Source of the DNA: Dehalococcoidia bacterium
GTDB lineage: Bacteria > Chloroflexota > Dehalococcoidia > Lucifugimonadales > Lucifugimonadaceae
Assembly (NCBI GenBank): GCA_963579925.1
Contig: CAUZJA010000001.1
Location: 1 to 46,182 of the forward strand
DNA length: 46,182 nucleotides
Direction: 5' to 3'
Part shown: in pieces, positions 35,291 through 43,856 of the stretch
Position numbering within the stretch: the stretch's first letter is position 1
Layout of the letters: the number at the start of each line of letters is the position of its first letter
The notes under the pieces: model-generated
What the model was told of the DNA's origin: nothing
Seen by the model: the letters and a program-made list of their open reading frames with translations, nothing else
Databases searched by the model: none
Made by a program: the position numbers and the translations under genes

Positions 35291-35390
35291 CCGGCTACAT
35301 GGCAGGGCGAGAGCCCGGCTTCATGAGACCAGGGTCCGGCTTCATGAGACCAGGGTCCGGCTTCATGAGACCAGGGTCCGGCTTCATGAG
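35291..35390. repeat. Tandem 21-bp repeat (ccggcttcatgagaccagggt), 3 perfect + 1 partial + 1 degenerate copy
   Basis: Perfect copies at 35315-35335, 35336-35356 and 35357-35377. Partial copy at 35378-35390. Degenerate copy at 35291-35314. It lies immediately upstream of the MFS1 start codon. Confidence 0.95.
35295..35387 (-). CDS. Possible leader uORF encoded by the 21-bp repeat (MKPDPGL x3 + MKPGSRPAM)
   Basis: Each 21-bp unit equals 7 in-frame codons starting with ATG on the minus strand. The TAG stop lies 10 nt upstream of the TTG start of MFS1. No obvious SD. A related single unit (ATGAGGCCCGCTCTCTGTGAGTGA, 36899-36922) overlaps the GTG start of MFS2. Confidence 0.3.
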   Translation of the reverse strand: MKPDPGLMKPDPGLMKPDPGLMKPGSRPAM

Positions 35391-35421
35391 AAATGTGTTG
35401 GTCCACTAGCATTTTCCGATT

Positions 35422-36906
35422 CTACTCGTCGGGCGCAACCGCCTGCGGTTTGGTGATCCATGCTAGCGCTCCACCGATCAGAGAGAAGGCCACAACGCCC
35501 ACGTAGGCAACTTTCCATCCATTGAGGAACGCGACACCTGCACCCGGCGTATCGGCGATCTCACTCAGCGGGATATCGAACCCCTCGGCGGCCATAATTC
35601 CCACTATGATCGCTGATGCCAGGGCCTGTCCCGTCACATTGCCAATATTGCGCGTCAGGTTGGTCAACGCGCTGGTGATCCCAAGTCTGGAACGCGGCAC
35701 CGTTCCCATGATTATTGAGTTGTTTGGAACGTTCCACGTCCCCATGCCAAGGCCGTTCCCCAACATGATCACCATGATTAGCCAGATTGGCGTCTCTCCA
35801 TCGATAAACGCAAACGCGAGCGCAGTAACGAGAATGACACCGAATCCGGCGACCGCGAATCTGCGTGGTCCATACCTGTCCGCCCATCGCCCACTCATTT
35901 GCGCCGATACAGCCATACCCAGTGCACTCATGAACAGCACTATTCCGGCAATTCCCTCGCTCAAGTCACGGAAGCTGATCAGGAAAATAGGCATCATGAA
36001 GAAGGTGGCCGTAGTGCCCATGAAGCCAATCCAACGCGTTGCCACCGCCAACCTGAAGATCCGGTCTTGAAACATCCGCAGGTCAATCATCGGTGAAGGG
36101 TTGCGCAACTCCCAGAAGATGAACAGCACTAGAAGAACAACTCCCAAGATGCCTCCAGCGAAGAGCATGGGCGATAGCCAGTCCACCGCGAATGGGTTGT
36201 TGATCGTAACGACGAGGACGATCACCGCTAGCCCCGAGAGAAGCGCACCAATCATGTCGAATTTCGGGCGCTTTCCTTGCGTTTGTTGGCTTACCCGAGC
36301 TTCATCCAGGATGAAGTAGCCCCAAACAAATGCAATGGATGTCATGACTGCCATCACATAGAACAGGGATTGCCAGGCGAAGAACTGCAGCAATATCCCG
36401 CCGACAATTGGCCCGGCAGCGGATCCAACAGCGACCGCAGTTGTCTGGCTGCCAATCGCCTTTCCCCGCTCATGAGTTGGGAACACAGAGATGACCATCG
36501 CAGTTCCAACTGCCTGCCCCGCCGAGCTGCCAACCGCCATGACGATTCGAGCCACAATCAATATGCCGAGGGTTGGCGATAGCGCTGCGAATATGGCCCC
36601 ACCAATGAAGATCAACTGGCCAATCAGATGGAATCGCTTGCGGCCAATGATGTCGGCCACGCGTCCGAGAGGCAGCATGATGGCGCTGATGGTCAGCGAC
36701 TGCGAAACCACAACCCAGGTGACCGCTCGGAGAGTGACGCCAAAGTCATCCGCAATTGCAGACAGCGAAACAAACACGATGGAAAAGCTCATCACCATCG
36801 TGAACATAGAAAGGCCTATCGCAGTGAAGGCTTTCCATTTGTAATTCTTGTCTGACTCCGTATCCGGATCCCAGACAACCGGGGGCGTATTGGCGGTCTC
36901 ACTCAC
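35422..36906 (-). CDS. MFS transporter, DHA2 family, paralogue 2
   Basis: 494 aa, collinear with paralogue 1 (VVWDPD..., GRVADIIGRKRFHLIG). GTG start. Confidence 0.9.
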   Translation of the reverse strand: MSETANTPPVVWDPDTESDKNYKWKAFTAIGLSMFTMVMSFSIVFVSLSAIADDFGVTLRAVTWVVVSQSLTISAIMLPLGRVADIIGRKRFHLIGQLIFIGGAIFAALSPTLGILIVARIVMAVGSSAGQAVGTAMVISVFPTHERGKAIGSQTTAVAVGSAAGPIVGGILLQFFAWQSLFYVMAVMTSIAFVWGYFILDEARVSQQTQGKRPKFDMIGALLSGLAVIVLVVTINNPFAVDWLSPMLFAGGILGVVLLVLFIFWELRNPSPMIDLRMFQDRIFRLAVATRWIGFMGTTATFFMMPIFLISFRDLSEGIAGIVLFMSALGMAVSAQMSGRWADRYGPRRFAVAGFGVILVTALAFAFIDGETPIWLIMVIMLGNGLGMGTWNVPNNSIIMGTVPRSRLGITSALTNLTRNIGNVTGQALASAIIVGIMAAEGFDIPLSEIADTPGAGVAFLNGWKVAYVGVVAFSLIGGALAWITKPQAVAPDE

Positions 36907-36973
36907 AGAGAGCGGGCCTCATTTGGGGGGTGAATGTCCGGTCGCATCCGCAGATGGTACTCCCGCGCCATCG

Positions 36974-38475
36974 CTATTTCGAATCCGCGGCGCTTTCACT
37001 CTCGCCATCACCGGGCCGAGTCATGATTGCTGCGATGGTGGCCAGTACCCCCACTGCCACGACAACCAGGTAAGCGATTCTCCAGCCATCGATAAACGCA
37101 TCTGACGCGCCAGGAGTTGATTTGATTTCACTGAGAGGGATATCGAAACCCGCGTTCACCATCACACCCACCACCACGGCGGCGACAACGGCCTGACCAA
37201 CAACGCTGCCTACGTTCCGAACCAGGTTCACGAATGCGCTGACCACCCCGTAAGCCGAACGTGGTACCGACCCCATGGTTGCGCTGTTGTTGGGCACGTT
37301 CCAGATGCCTATTCCCATACCATTGGCAAACAACACCAGCATGATCACGCATACAGGAGTGGTGCGGGTGAAAAACGAGAAACCAATGGACGTGAACAGC
37401 AGCAGCACAAAGCCAAGCACTGTCAGCCACCGGTGTCCGAACTTATCGGAAAGCCTCCCGCTCAGCTGCGCTGCAATTCCCAATCCCAACGCACCAACAA
37501 ACAGGATGCCGCCTGTTTTGCCTTCACTCATTTCCCTGAAACTCAGCAGATAGATCGGCATCATGAAGAACGTGGCCGTCACCGTCATGAATCCCAGATA
37601 GCGCGCTGCTATGGCGTACTTGAACACCGTGATCTTGAATAGCCGCAGATCAAGCATTGGAGCGGGAGTACGCAACTCCCACTTCACAAACCAGACAAAT
37701 ATCCCCACCGTCAGCACCGCTCCACCAATGATCAGTGGCGATAGCCAGCCAACTGCAAGCGGATTGTTGATGGTCAAGACCAGCACGATCATGCCTGTGG
37801 CCGAAAGGACCGCACCAAGCCAGTCGTAGCGCGGTCGATCTGCACCGGTTTGACCGAGCCGATGCGCTTATCGTCGAGAATGAAGTATCCCCATATGAAT
37901 GCGATGGTAATGGGAATCGCCATAAAGACGAAAAGCGACCGCCACGAAAATATCTGCAGCAACAATCCAGCAGCTATAGGCCCCGCCGCGCTGCCTACCG
38001 CAACCGCAGTGGTCTGACCGCCGAGACCCTTTCCCCGTTCACTGGTCGGAAATACCGAGATGATGATCGCCGTTCCCACCGCCTGGCCCATGGAGTTCCC
38101 AACCGCCATCACAATTCGAGCCACGATGAGAATCGGCAGGGTAGGGGAGAGCGCCGCAAAGATCGCACCGCCACCAAACAGAGCCATCCCCACCAGGTGG
38201 AACTTCTTCCGACCAACAATGTCTGCCACACGCCCCAGCGGCAGCATCAACGCGGCAATGGTGAGCGATTGCGCGATCACAACCCACGATACCGCCCGCA
38301 GCGTCACGCCAAAGTCATCCGCAATCGAAGATAGCGCCAGGAAAACGATGGAGAAGCTCATCACCATCGTGACCAGAGCTATTCCAGCAGCGGAAAACGC
38401 CATCCACTTGTAGTTATCGTCAGGGTTGGCGTCAGGATCCCAGACAACTTCAGTAGACGCTGGCTTATCGCTCAT
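36974..38475 (-). pseudogene. MFS transporter, DHA2 family, paralogue 3, split by one frameshift
   Basis: The N-terminal ORF (37789-38475) ends ...FILDDKRIGSVKPVQIDRATTGLV.... Shifting one nt near 37838-37850 gives RPRYDWLGAVLSATGMIVLVLTINNP, which continues into ORF 36974-37792 and is collinear with paralogues 1 and 2. Confidence 0.75.
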
Positions 38476-38516
38476 CAGTGATCCCCACGCCCCACCACAT
38501 CAACCAATCCACGCGA

Positions 38517-38554
38517 GGAAAGGTTCCCTGAGGAAACTCGAAGGGCACCTTTCC
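38517..38554. other. Hairpin GGAAAGGT-TCCCT...AGGG-C-ACCTTTCC downstream of dnaE2
   Basis: 8-bp outer stem plus 4-bp inner stem, between the dnaE2 stop (38658) and the MFS3 start (38475). No T-run. Confidence 0.4.
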
Positions 38555-38657
38555 GGCTTTACACGCCCACCCCACATACGCCACTCAACCGACATCACAC
38601 CCGCTCGCCCGTTCGGATCCCCCAGCGCCTCGCGCTCAATGCCAGTGCGGCAGGCAC

Positions 38658-41600
38658 CTACCCCCAGTCTTTTGTTTTTAGCGTTGGCGTGCCTGACTCA
38701 ATCGGCTTCAGATCCTTCACCACCACGTTGATCGTGCCTTCACGATGCGAAACCGTACCGTGCGCCAGCAGCACCGGCGCACGGGCAATGCGCTTCAGCC
38801 GCTGCCACGTCGTAGGCCAGATCACCAGCGGCGAATGGCCAAACTCATCCTCCAGCGTCATGAACACAGCCTTCGCAAGCGGCATCTGTCGACGAATCAC
38901 AATGCCACCAACCCACACATCCGTGCCGTCCGGCAGGTCGCGGACCTTGTCTGATCGCACCATGTAGGGCGGCAGGCGAGGGCGGAGCTTCGCCATCAGA
39001 TGCCCCTTCGGATAGACGCCCATCGTGCGGTACTCGCCAACCATCACCTCAAACGGCGACTGCCCCGGCAGATCGACCATGTCCTGATCCACCGGCATAT
39101 CGAATCCAAGCTGACTGCCAATGGGCCGATACCGCAGGCCAATCTCCCAGCGCGTCGAGCGGCGGTCCTCGTCCAGCGAATCGAAGAACCCGGCGTCTGC
39201 GAGATTATCGAGCGCCTCATGCTGGATACCGGCGCGCATCATGAAGTCTGAGATCGACTCAAACTCGCCGAATCGCCTTCGCGTAGCCAGAATCGCCTGC
39301 GACGTAGCCTTCTGGACTCGCCGCACATGCCGAACGCCAAGGCGCAGGTTGCCGCTCTCCACGACCGCCTTCTCATCACTCCGATTCACGTCCGGGTTTA
39401 GCACTTCTACACCGTGCCGTCGTGCATCCTCTTTAAGCGTCTCAAGGTTGTAGAAGCCCATTGGCTGCTGGTTGAAGAGGCCAACGAAGAACTCCAACGG
39501 GTAGTAGTACTTGAGCCACGCCGCCTGGAACGCCGTCACGCCAAAGGCAAATGCGTGCGCCTCCGGGAACTGGAACTCACCATGGAACTTCAGGAATATC
39601 TTCTCGGCCGCCTCAATCGGAACGCCCTTTGCCATCGCCCCGGAGATGAACTTTTCATGCCACATCGGCACAAGCTGATCAGCGTTCCGACGACTGAACG
39701 CTCGACGCATGCGGTCGGCCTCCGCCGCGCTCATACCCGCAACGTACTTGCCAAGCTCCATGAGCTGGTCCTGGTAGAGCACAACACCCAGCGTGCGCTC
39801 CAGCGCCTCACGCTCAAGTGGATGGTCGTACTGCCAGTCTGTCTCCTGCCCCGTATGACGCCGGATGAGGGTTGAGACGCCGTTGTTCACGCCAACACCA
39901 GGGCGAACCGCGCCAACCTCCCACGCCATCTCCTTGAGGTCTTTAGGGCGAATGCGAGGAGTCGTCTGCATCTGCGCAGCAGACTCCACTTGGAAGACGC
40001 CAATCGTGTCAGCCTCGTGAATCGACTTATAGACCTTCTGGTCGGCGAAATCGATGAGCGAAAGGTCCACGCGCTCCTCACGATGCACCTCAATCAGCTT
40101 GATCGCCTCGTTCATCTGCGACAGCGCACCAAGTGCCAGGAAGTCGATCTTCACGAAGCCGGCATCGTCGATGCTGTCCTTATCCCACTGGCAGATGAAC
40201 CGACCCTCCATAGCGCTGCGTTGCAACGGCACTGTCTCGGCCAGCGACCGTGCGCTCAGCACCATGCCACCAGGATGCTGCGCCAGATACTTCGGGAAGC
40301 CCTTGAGTTGTTGCGAAAGCTCCACGAGATCACGCCACTGCTGCGAATTTGCGCGATCCCTGAACTCCGGAAGCTCTTGAAGCTCCTGGCCGAGCTGACT
40401 CACCCGCGCGTGGCCGTCGATGCGCTTTGTGAGCTTGTCCAGGTCCTCCCCCGGCATGCCCAGCGCCTTGCCCAGATCACGAATGCAGCCCTTGATGCGG
40501 TACGTGGAGATCATGCCCGTCAGCACCGCCCGATCGTAGCCCCAGCGCTCATGCACCCGCAGGATCAACTGCTCTCGTATATCCCGTGGGAAGTCGAGAT
40601 CGATATCAGGCACAGAGCCAAGCTCTTCTGAGAGAAAACGATCCAGTTTGAGATCAAACTCCAGCGGATCGATGTGCGATAGACCAATCAGATACCCAAC
40701 CAGCATCGATACCGACGAGCCACGCCCTCGACCCGGCGGATTCACTTCCAGCGGCAATCCCGGCTCCACCAAACCAAGCTCCTCCTGCACCTCGCGGGCA
40801 ATCTTGATGATGTCGTAGTACTGGAGCATGAAGCCGCAGAGGTCGTGCATGCTCAGCAGCCGAATCTCCTCATCCAACCGCTCTTTGACCGCTCGAGTCA
40901 CCTCGCCATACCGCCTGATCGCCGCCTCCTCGCACAGCTGACGCAGCCACGTTGCCGACGTGTGGCCGTCAGGCGTGTCATAGTCAGGGAACTCGTAAAT
41001 CGCATCCGTCGTGAGTTCCAGATCGCACCGCTCAGCAATGCGCACCGTGTTTGAGATAGCTTCCGGGTACTCAGTGAACAGCGCCGCCATCTCGTCCGGG
41101 TACTTCAGATAGAACTGATCATTAGGCCGCCGCTCCCGATGCGACTCCTCCATCGACTTGTTGTGCTGTATCGCAACCAGCGCATCGTTCAACCGACTCC
41201 GAGACACGTCGTGATAGTGAGCGTTATTCGTCGCCACCACACCCACGCCAACCTCCGCTGCGATGTTGGCCATGAGGCGATTACGGAGCGTGTCATCCTT
41301 CACCAGATTCTGCTGCAACTCCAGGAAGAAATTCTCAGACCCAAACCAGTCCCGATACTGCCGAGCCAACTGAGTGGCCCGTTCGATCTTGCCCTGTAGC
41401 ACCAGTGTGGATATCTCACCGTCACGGCAGCCCGACAGGCAGATAACACCCTCAGCGTGCTCAGCCAGCAGGGCAAGGTCCAACTCCGGGACTTTCCGGT
41501 CCTCAGCATCAATGTGGGCATGTGTAGTGAGGCGAGAGATGTTCTTGTACCCCTCAGCAGTCTCCGCCAGCAGCGTCAGGTGATGGCCACCCATCAGCGT

Positions 41601-41969
41601 TACCTCAACACCGGTAATCGCCTTGATCCCAACATCACGAGCCGCCTGCGCGAACTCCATCGCACCGCACAGATTGTCGTGATCAGTAATCGCCAGCGCC
41701 CGATACCCCAACTCCTGCGCCCGCTTCAGCAACTCCTGAGTATCCGAAGCCCCCTCCTGGAACGAGTAGTTGGAGTGGCAGTGAAGCTCCGCATAGGACG
41801 TATTCGGAGCGGCGTAAGCAGCGCTCTCTTCCTCCGCCCGACTACTGCGCTCAATCGACCCCGGATACATATTCCGATCGAGCATAGGAGAGCCCAGAAC
41901 TTCACGCGCGTTACCAAGAAGGTCTGAGAACCCGCCGCTGCTTCGATGTTGTTTTTTGCGTATTAGCAT
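38658..41969 (-). CDS. dnaE2: Error-prone DNA polymerase III alpha-like subunit DnaE2 (ImuC)
   Basis: 1103 aa. PHP domain YAELHCHSNYSFQEGAS...AITDHDNLCG, Pol III alpha core, OB-fold tail, no tau/beta C-terminal extension. The true start may be internal (M29/M34), because YAELHC normally lies near the N-terminus. Confidence 0.9.
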   Translation of the reverse strand: MLIRKKQHRSSGGFSDLLGNAREVLGSPMLDRNMYPGSIERSSRAEEESAAYAAPNTSYAELHCHSNYSFQEGASDTQELLKRAQELGYRALAITDHDNLCGAMEFAQAARDVGIKAITGVEVTLMGGHHLTLLAETAEGYKNISRLTTHAHIDAEDRKVPELDLALLAEHAEGVICLSGCRDGEISTLVLQGKIERATQLARQYRDWFGSENFFLELQQNLVKDDTLRNRLMANIAAEVGVGVVATNNAHYHDVSRSRLNDALVAIQHNKSMEESHRERRPNDQFYLKYPDEMAALFTEYPEAISNTVRIAERCDLELTTDAIYEFPDYDTPDGHTSATWLRQLCEEAAIRRYGEVTRAVKERLDEEIRLLSMHDLCGFMLQYYDIIKIAREVQEELGLVEPGLPLEVNPPGRGRGSSVSMLVGYLIGLSHIDPLEFDLKLDRFLSEELGSVPDIDLDFPRDIREQLILRVHERWGYDRAVLTGMISTYRIKGCIRDLGKALGMPGEDLDKLTKRIDGHARVSQLGQELQELPEFRDRANSQQWRDLVELSQQLKGFPKYLAQHPGGMVLSARSLAETVPLQRSAMEGRFICQWDKDSIDDAGFVKIDFLALGALSQMNEAIKLIEVHREERVDLSLIDFADQKVYKSIHEADTIGVFQVESAAQMQTTPRIRPKDLKEMAWEVGAVRPGVGVNNGVSTLIRRHTGQETDWQYDHPLEREALERTLGVVLYQDQLMELGKYVAGMSAAEADRMRRAFSRRNADQLVPMWHEKFISGAMAKGVPIEAAEKIFLKFHGEFQFPEAHAFAFGVTAFQAAWLKYYYPLEFFVGLFNQQPMGFYNLETLKEDARRHGVEVLNPDVNRSDEKAVVESGNLRLGVRHVRRVQKATSQAILATRRRFGEFESISDFMMRAGIQHEALDNLADAGFFDSLDEDRRSTRWEIGLRYRPIGSQLGFDMPVDQDMVDLPGQSPFEVMVGEYRTMGVYPKGHLMAKLRPRLPPYMVRSDKVRDLPDGTDVWVGGIVIRRQMPLAKAVFMTLEDEFGHSPLVIWPTTWQRLKRIARAPVLLAHGTVSHREGTINVVVKDLKPIESGTPTLKTKDWG

Positions 41970-42022
41970 TTGTATGTTTGGGTGATTGGTTTCGAAGTGG
42001 TTTAATCTCCATCAAGACGAAG

Positions 42023-42093
42023 CGAAACGACTGTCACCCTGAGGAGGGCGGCTCCGCGACCGACGTGAGGGCTTCTGCCAGCTTCGAACGCCG
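42023..42093 (-). repeat. GIY-YIG-associated repeat, direct-repeat copy A (reverse orientation relative to 1-53)
   Basis: cgaaacgactgtcaccctgaggagggcggctccgcgaccgacgtgagggcttctgccagcttcgaacgccg is about 85% identical to 42487-42557. It encodes the C-terminal tail ...LAEALTSVAEPPSSG of the GIY-YIG ORF. Confidence 0.85.
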
Positions 42094-42432
42094 ATCAAGG
42101 TCCTCAACTAGCGCAGTTTTCGTCTTCAAACTCATATCAGTACGAAATGCCGGGAACAAATCCTCCCAACTAGGGTTCACTGATTCGACCAGCGCTAACT
42201 TCCTTGATCGGCGCCACTTCTTGATCTGACGCTCGCGCGTTACCGCCGCATAGGCATCCTCAATCGCCTCGAAGTACACCAGCCGCTTGATATTGCGGTC
42301 GAGTGTGTAGCCAGGGATCAATCCCTCGCGATGTTTGATCATCCGGCCATACAGATCCGATGTCATACCGACATATGTCGAACCTGAGCGGTTAGCCAGG
42401 ATGTAAACGCAGAATGTCTTGTTCTGTTTCAT
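42034..42432 (-). CDS. GIY-YIG nuclease superfamily protein (small stand-alone UPF0213/COG2827 type)
   Basis: 132 aa from ATG 42432: MKQNKTFCVYILANRSGSTYVGMTSDLYGRMIKHREG...ERQIKKWRRSRK. The upstream part of the ORF-track entry is repeat-encoded. Confidence 0.85.
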   Translation of the reverse strand: MKQNKTFCVYILANRSGSTYVGMTSDLYGRMIKHREGLIPGYTLDRNIKRLVYFEAIEDAYAAVTRERQIKKWRRSRKLALVESVNPSWEDLFPAFRTDMSLKTKTALVEDLDRRSKLAEALTSVAEPPSSG

Positions 42433-42486
42433 GTAGCGGAGTCCTTTTCGCATTGAATCCGCGATCCATGGCCAGGGAGCTTCGCA

Positions 42487-42557
42487 TCGAAACGACTGGC
42501 ACCCTGAGAGGGGCGGCTCCGCACCCGACGTGAGGGAGTTTGCCAGCTTCGAACGCC
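42487..42557 (-). repeat. GIY-YIG-associated repeat, direct-repeat copy B
   Basis: See 42023-42093. Together the two copies bracket the GIY-YIG coding sequence. Confidence 0.85.
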
Positions 42558-42700
42558 GCAATGGTCATTTAGCTTCAAACACTCCATCCTCAAACTCCTC
42601 CTTGCCGAATCGGTACCCATCCAGCTGTATCGTCGATGCATAGCGACGAGGTAGAACCGGACCGGTTGGCTTTCATGTGACAGGTTCCTAATCATGACTG

Positions 42701-42746
42701 GCAGATGCCCTCACGTCGGGTGCGGAGCCGCCTCCTCAGGGTGACT
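42701..42746 (+). repeat. GIY-YIG-associated repeat, inverted copy
   Basis: ggcagatgccctcacgtcgggtgcggagccgcctcctcagggtgac has the same orientation as copies 1-53 and 124-180, and is inverted relative to 42487-42557. Confidence 0.8.
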
Positions 42747-42809
42747 GATGGGATGTGGCTGTTTTCATCTGTTGCTCGTTCCATCCCTCTCATCCCTGCC
42801 ACCACTCCC

Positions 42810-42837
42810 TTGACGGATAGAACATATGTTCTATTAT
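42810..42837 (+). promoter_or_regulatory. Putative sigma-70-type promoter TTGACG-N16-TATTAT overlapped by a LexA box
   Basis: TTGACG at 42810-42815 and TATTAT at 42832-37. The spacer and -10 contain the palindrome listed below. Located upstream of DUF72-imuB. Confidence 0.55.
42818..42833. promoter_or_regulatory. LexA (SOS) box, perfect 16-bp palindrome TAGAACATATGTTCTA
   Basis: Matches the Gram-positive/Chloroflexi-type core GAAC-N4-GTTC (Cheo box CGAACRNRYGTTYC). It sits in the divergent region of an imuB/dnaE2 locus, a classical SOS regulon member. Confidence 0.75.
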
Positions 42838-42887
42838 GAACCATAAGAGATGGTTACGCGCAGTCCACAACGACAGGACTGAACAGC

Positions 42888-43856
42888 GTGCGCCAAAGAG
42901 ACGCGAAGGCAAAGAGCGCGATGTCACAGGCAGTATTAGAAACAACGAGAGCCAGGATGGATGTCCCTGCGCGATCAACTACTGCTGCCTCACCTGTCAG
43001 CATCGGCACACCCTCGGCTGTCAGTGTTGGGACGCCCTCGGCTGTCAACGTTGGGACACAGGGCTGGGCGGTGCCGGGCTGGCAGGGACTTCTTTATCCG
43101 GCTGGCTTGAAGGCCAACAAACGACTCAGCCTCTACGCACGCGTGTTCAACAGCGTGGAGGTCAACAGCACCTTCTACGCACCCCCCGCACCAGAGACGG
43201 TCAAACGATGGCTTGCCGATACGCCGCCTGAGTTCCGATTCGCTCTGAAAATGCCACGCTGGATCACCCACGAACGCCGACTCCGTGTCGGACCGCGCGA
43301 TCTCAAAGAGTTCTTGCGAACTGCTGAGATGTTCGAAGACAAGCTCGGGCCAATCCTGATCCAACTCCCACCCAGCTTCGGCGCTCCGGGACTATCCGTA
43401 CTCAGCGAGTTTCTGCGCGATCTGCCGGTCGATTCGATGCAGTTCTGCGTTGAGGTGCGACGGCCATCGCTCCGATCAGCCGGAGTGCGAAACCTGCTCC
43501 ATCGACGCGGCGTGGGGCTGGTCACAACCAATCTGCTCAACGAGCCCGGAGACATAGAAACGATCAACGGCATCGCATATCTAAGACTGCTTGGCGGACG
43601 GCGAATACCCGGTATCACCACCCCAGACCCATCACGAATGACGCTGGATGAGTTTGCTGTCGAAACAGGCCGATGGGCTTCCGCACTGGCTCTCGCGCAA
43701 CGAGAAAGTGGCGCTGAGGCATACGCATTCGTCTCAAACGACTACTACGGCCCTGGCATCCTGCCCGCCGCACAGTTGATGAAGCACATGGGCATACCAA
43801 CGCGCCTGCGCTCCGGCTCATTCGATACCTCGCCCGTACAGGGAGCGCTACTGTGA
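42888..43856 (+). CDS. DUF72 (YecE/UPF0759) family protein
   Basis: VGTQGW...LYARVFNSVEVNSTFYAPP...FRFALKMPRWITH...ILIQLPPSF match DUF72 hallmarks. Start uncertain (GTG 42888, ATG 42921 or ATG 42957). The stop overlaps the imuB GTG (GTGA). Confidence 0.8.
   Translation: MRQRDAKAKSAMSQAVLETTRARMDVPARSTTAASPVSIGTPSAVSVGTPSAVNVGTQGWAVPGWQGLLYPAGLKANKRLSLYARVFNSVEVNSTFYAPPAPETVKRWLADTPPEFRFALKMPRWITHERRLRVGPRDLKEFLRTAEMFEDKLGPILIQLPPSFGAPGLSVLSEFLRDLPVDSMQFCVEVRRPSLRSAGVRNLLHRRGVGLVTTNLLNEPGDIETINGIAYLRLLGGRRIPGITTPDPSRMTLDEFAVETGRWASALALAQRESGAEAYAFVSNDYYGPGILPAAQLMKHMGIPTRLRSGSFDTSPVQGALL
42995..43066 (+). repeat. In-frame 24-bp tandem triplication at the DUF72 5' end
   Basis: tgtcagcatcggcacaccctcggc / tgtcagtgttgggacgccctcggc / tgtcaacgttgggacacagggctg encodes VSIGTPSA-VSVGTPSA-VNVGTQGW. 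Confidence 0.85.

Noticed and set aside
35291-35390. CRISPR array (also considered for 42995-43066)
   Set aside because: Both are head-to-tail tandem repeats with no spacers, and there are no cas genes in the window.
41970-42033. Separate LexA box immediately upstream of dnaE2
   Set aside because: There is no GAAC-N4-GTTC or similar palindrome in the 64 bp before the GIY-YIG element, or in the first ~100 bp of the ORF. The only SOS box seen is at 42818-42833.
42836-43231. 131-aa alternative-frame ORF starting at an ATG right after the SOS promoter
   Set aside because: The product is low-complexity and Cys/Gly/Gln-rich with no motifs. It overlaps the DUF72 frame, which has clear family hallmarks. 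Its ATG overlaps the predicted -10, so it would probably not be on the transcript.
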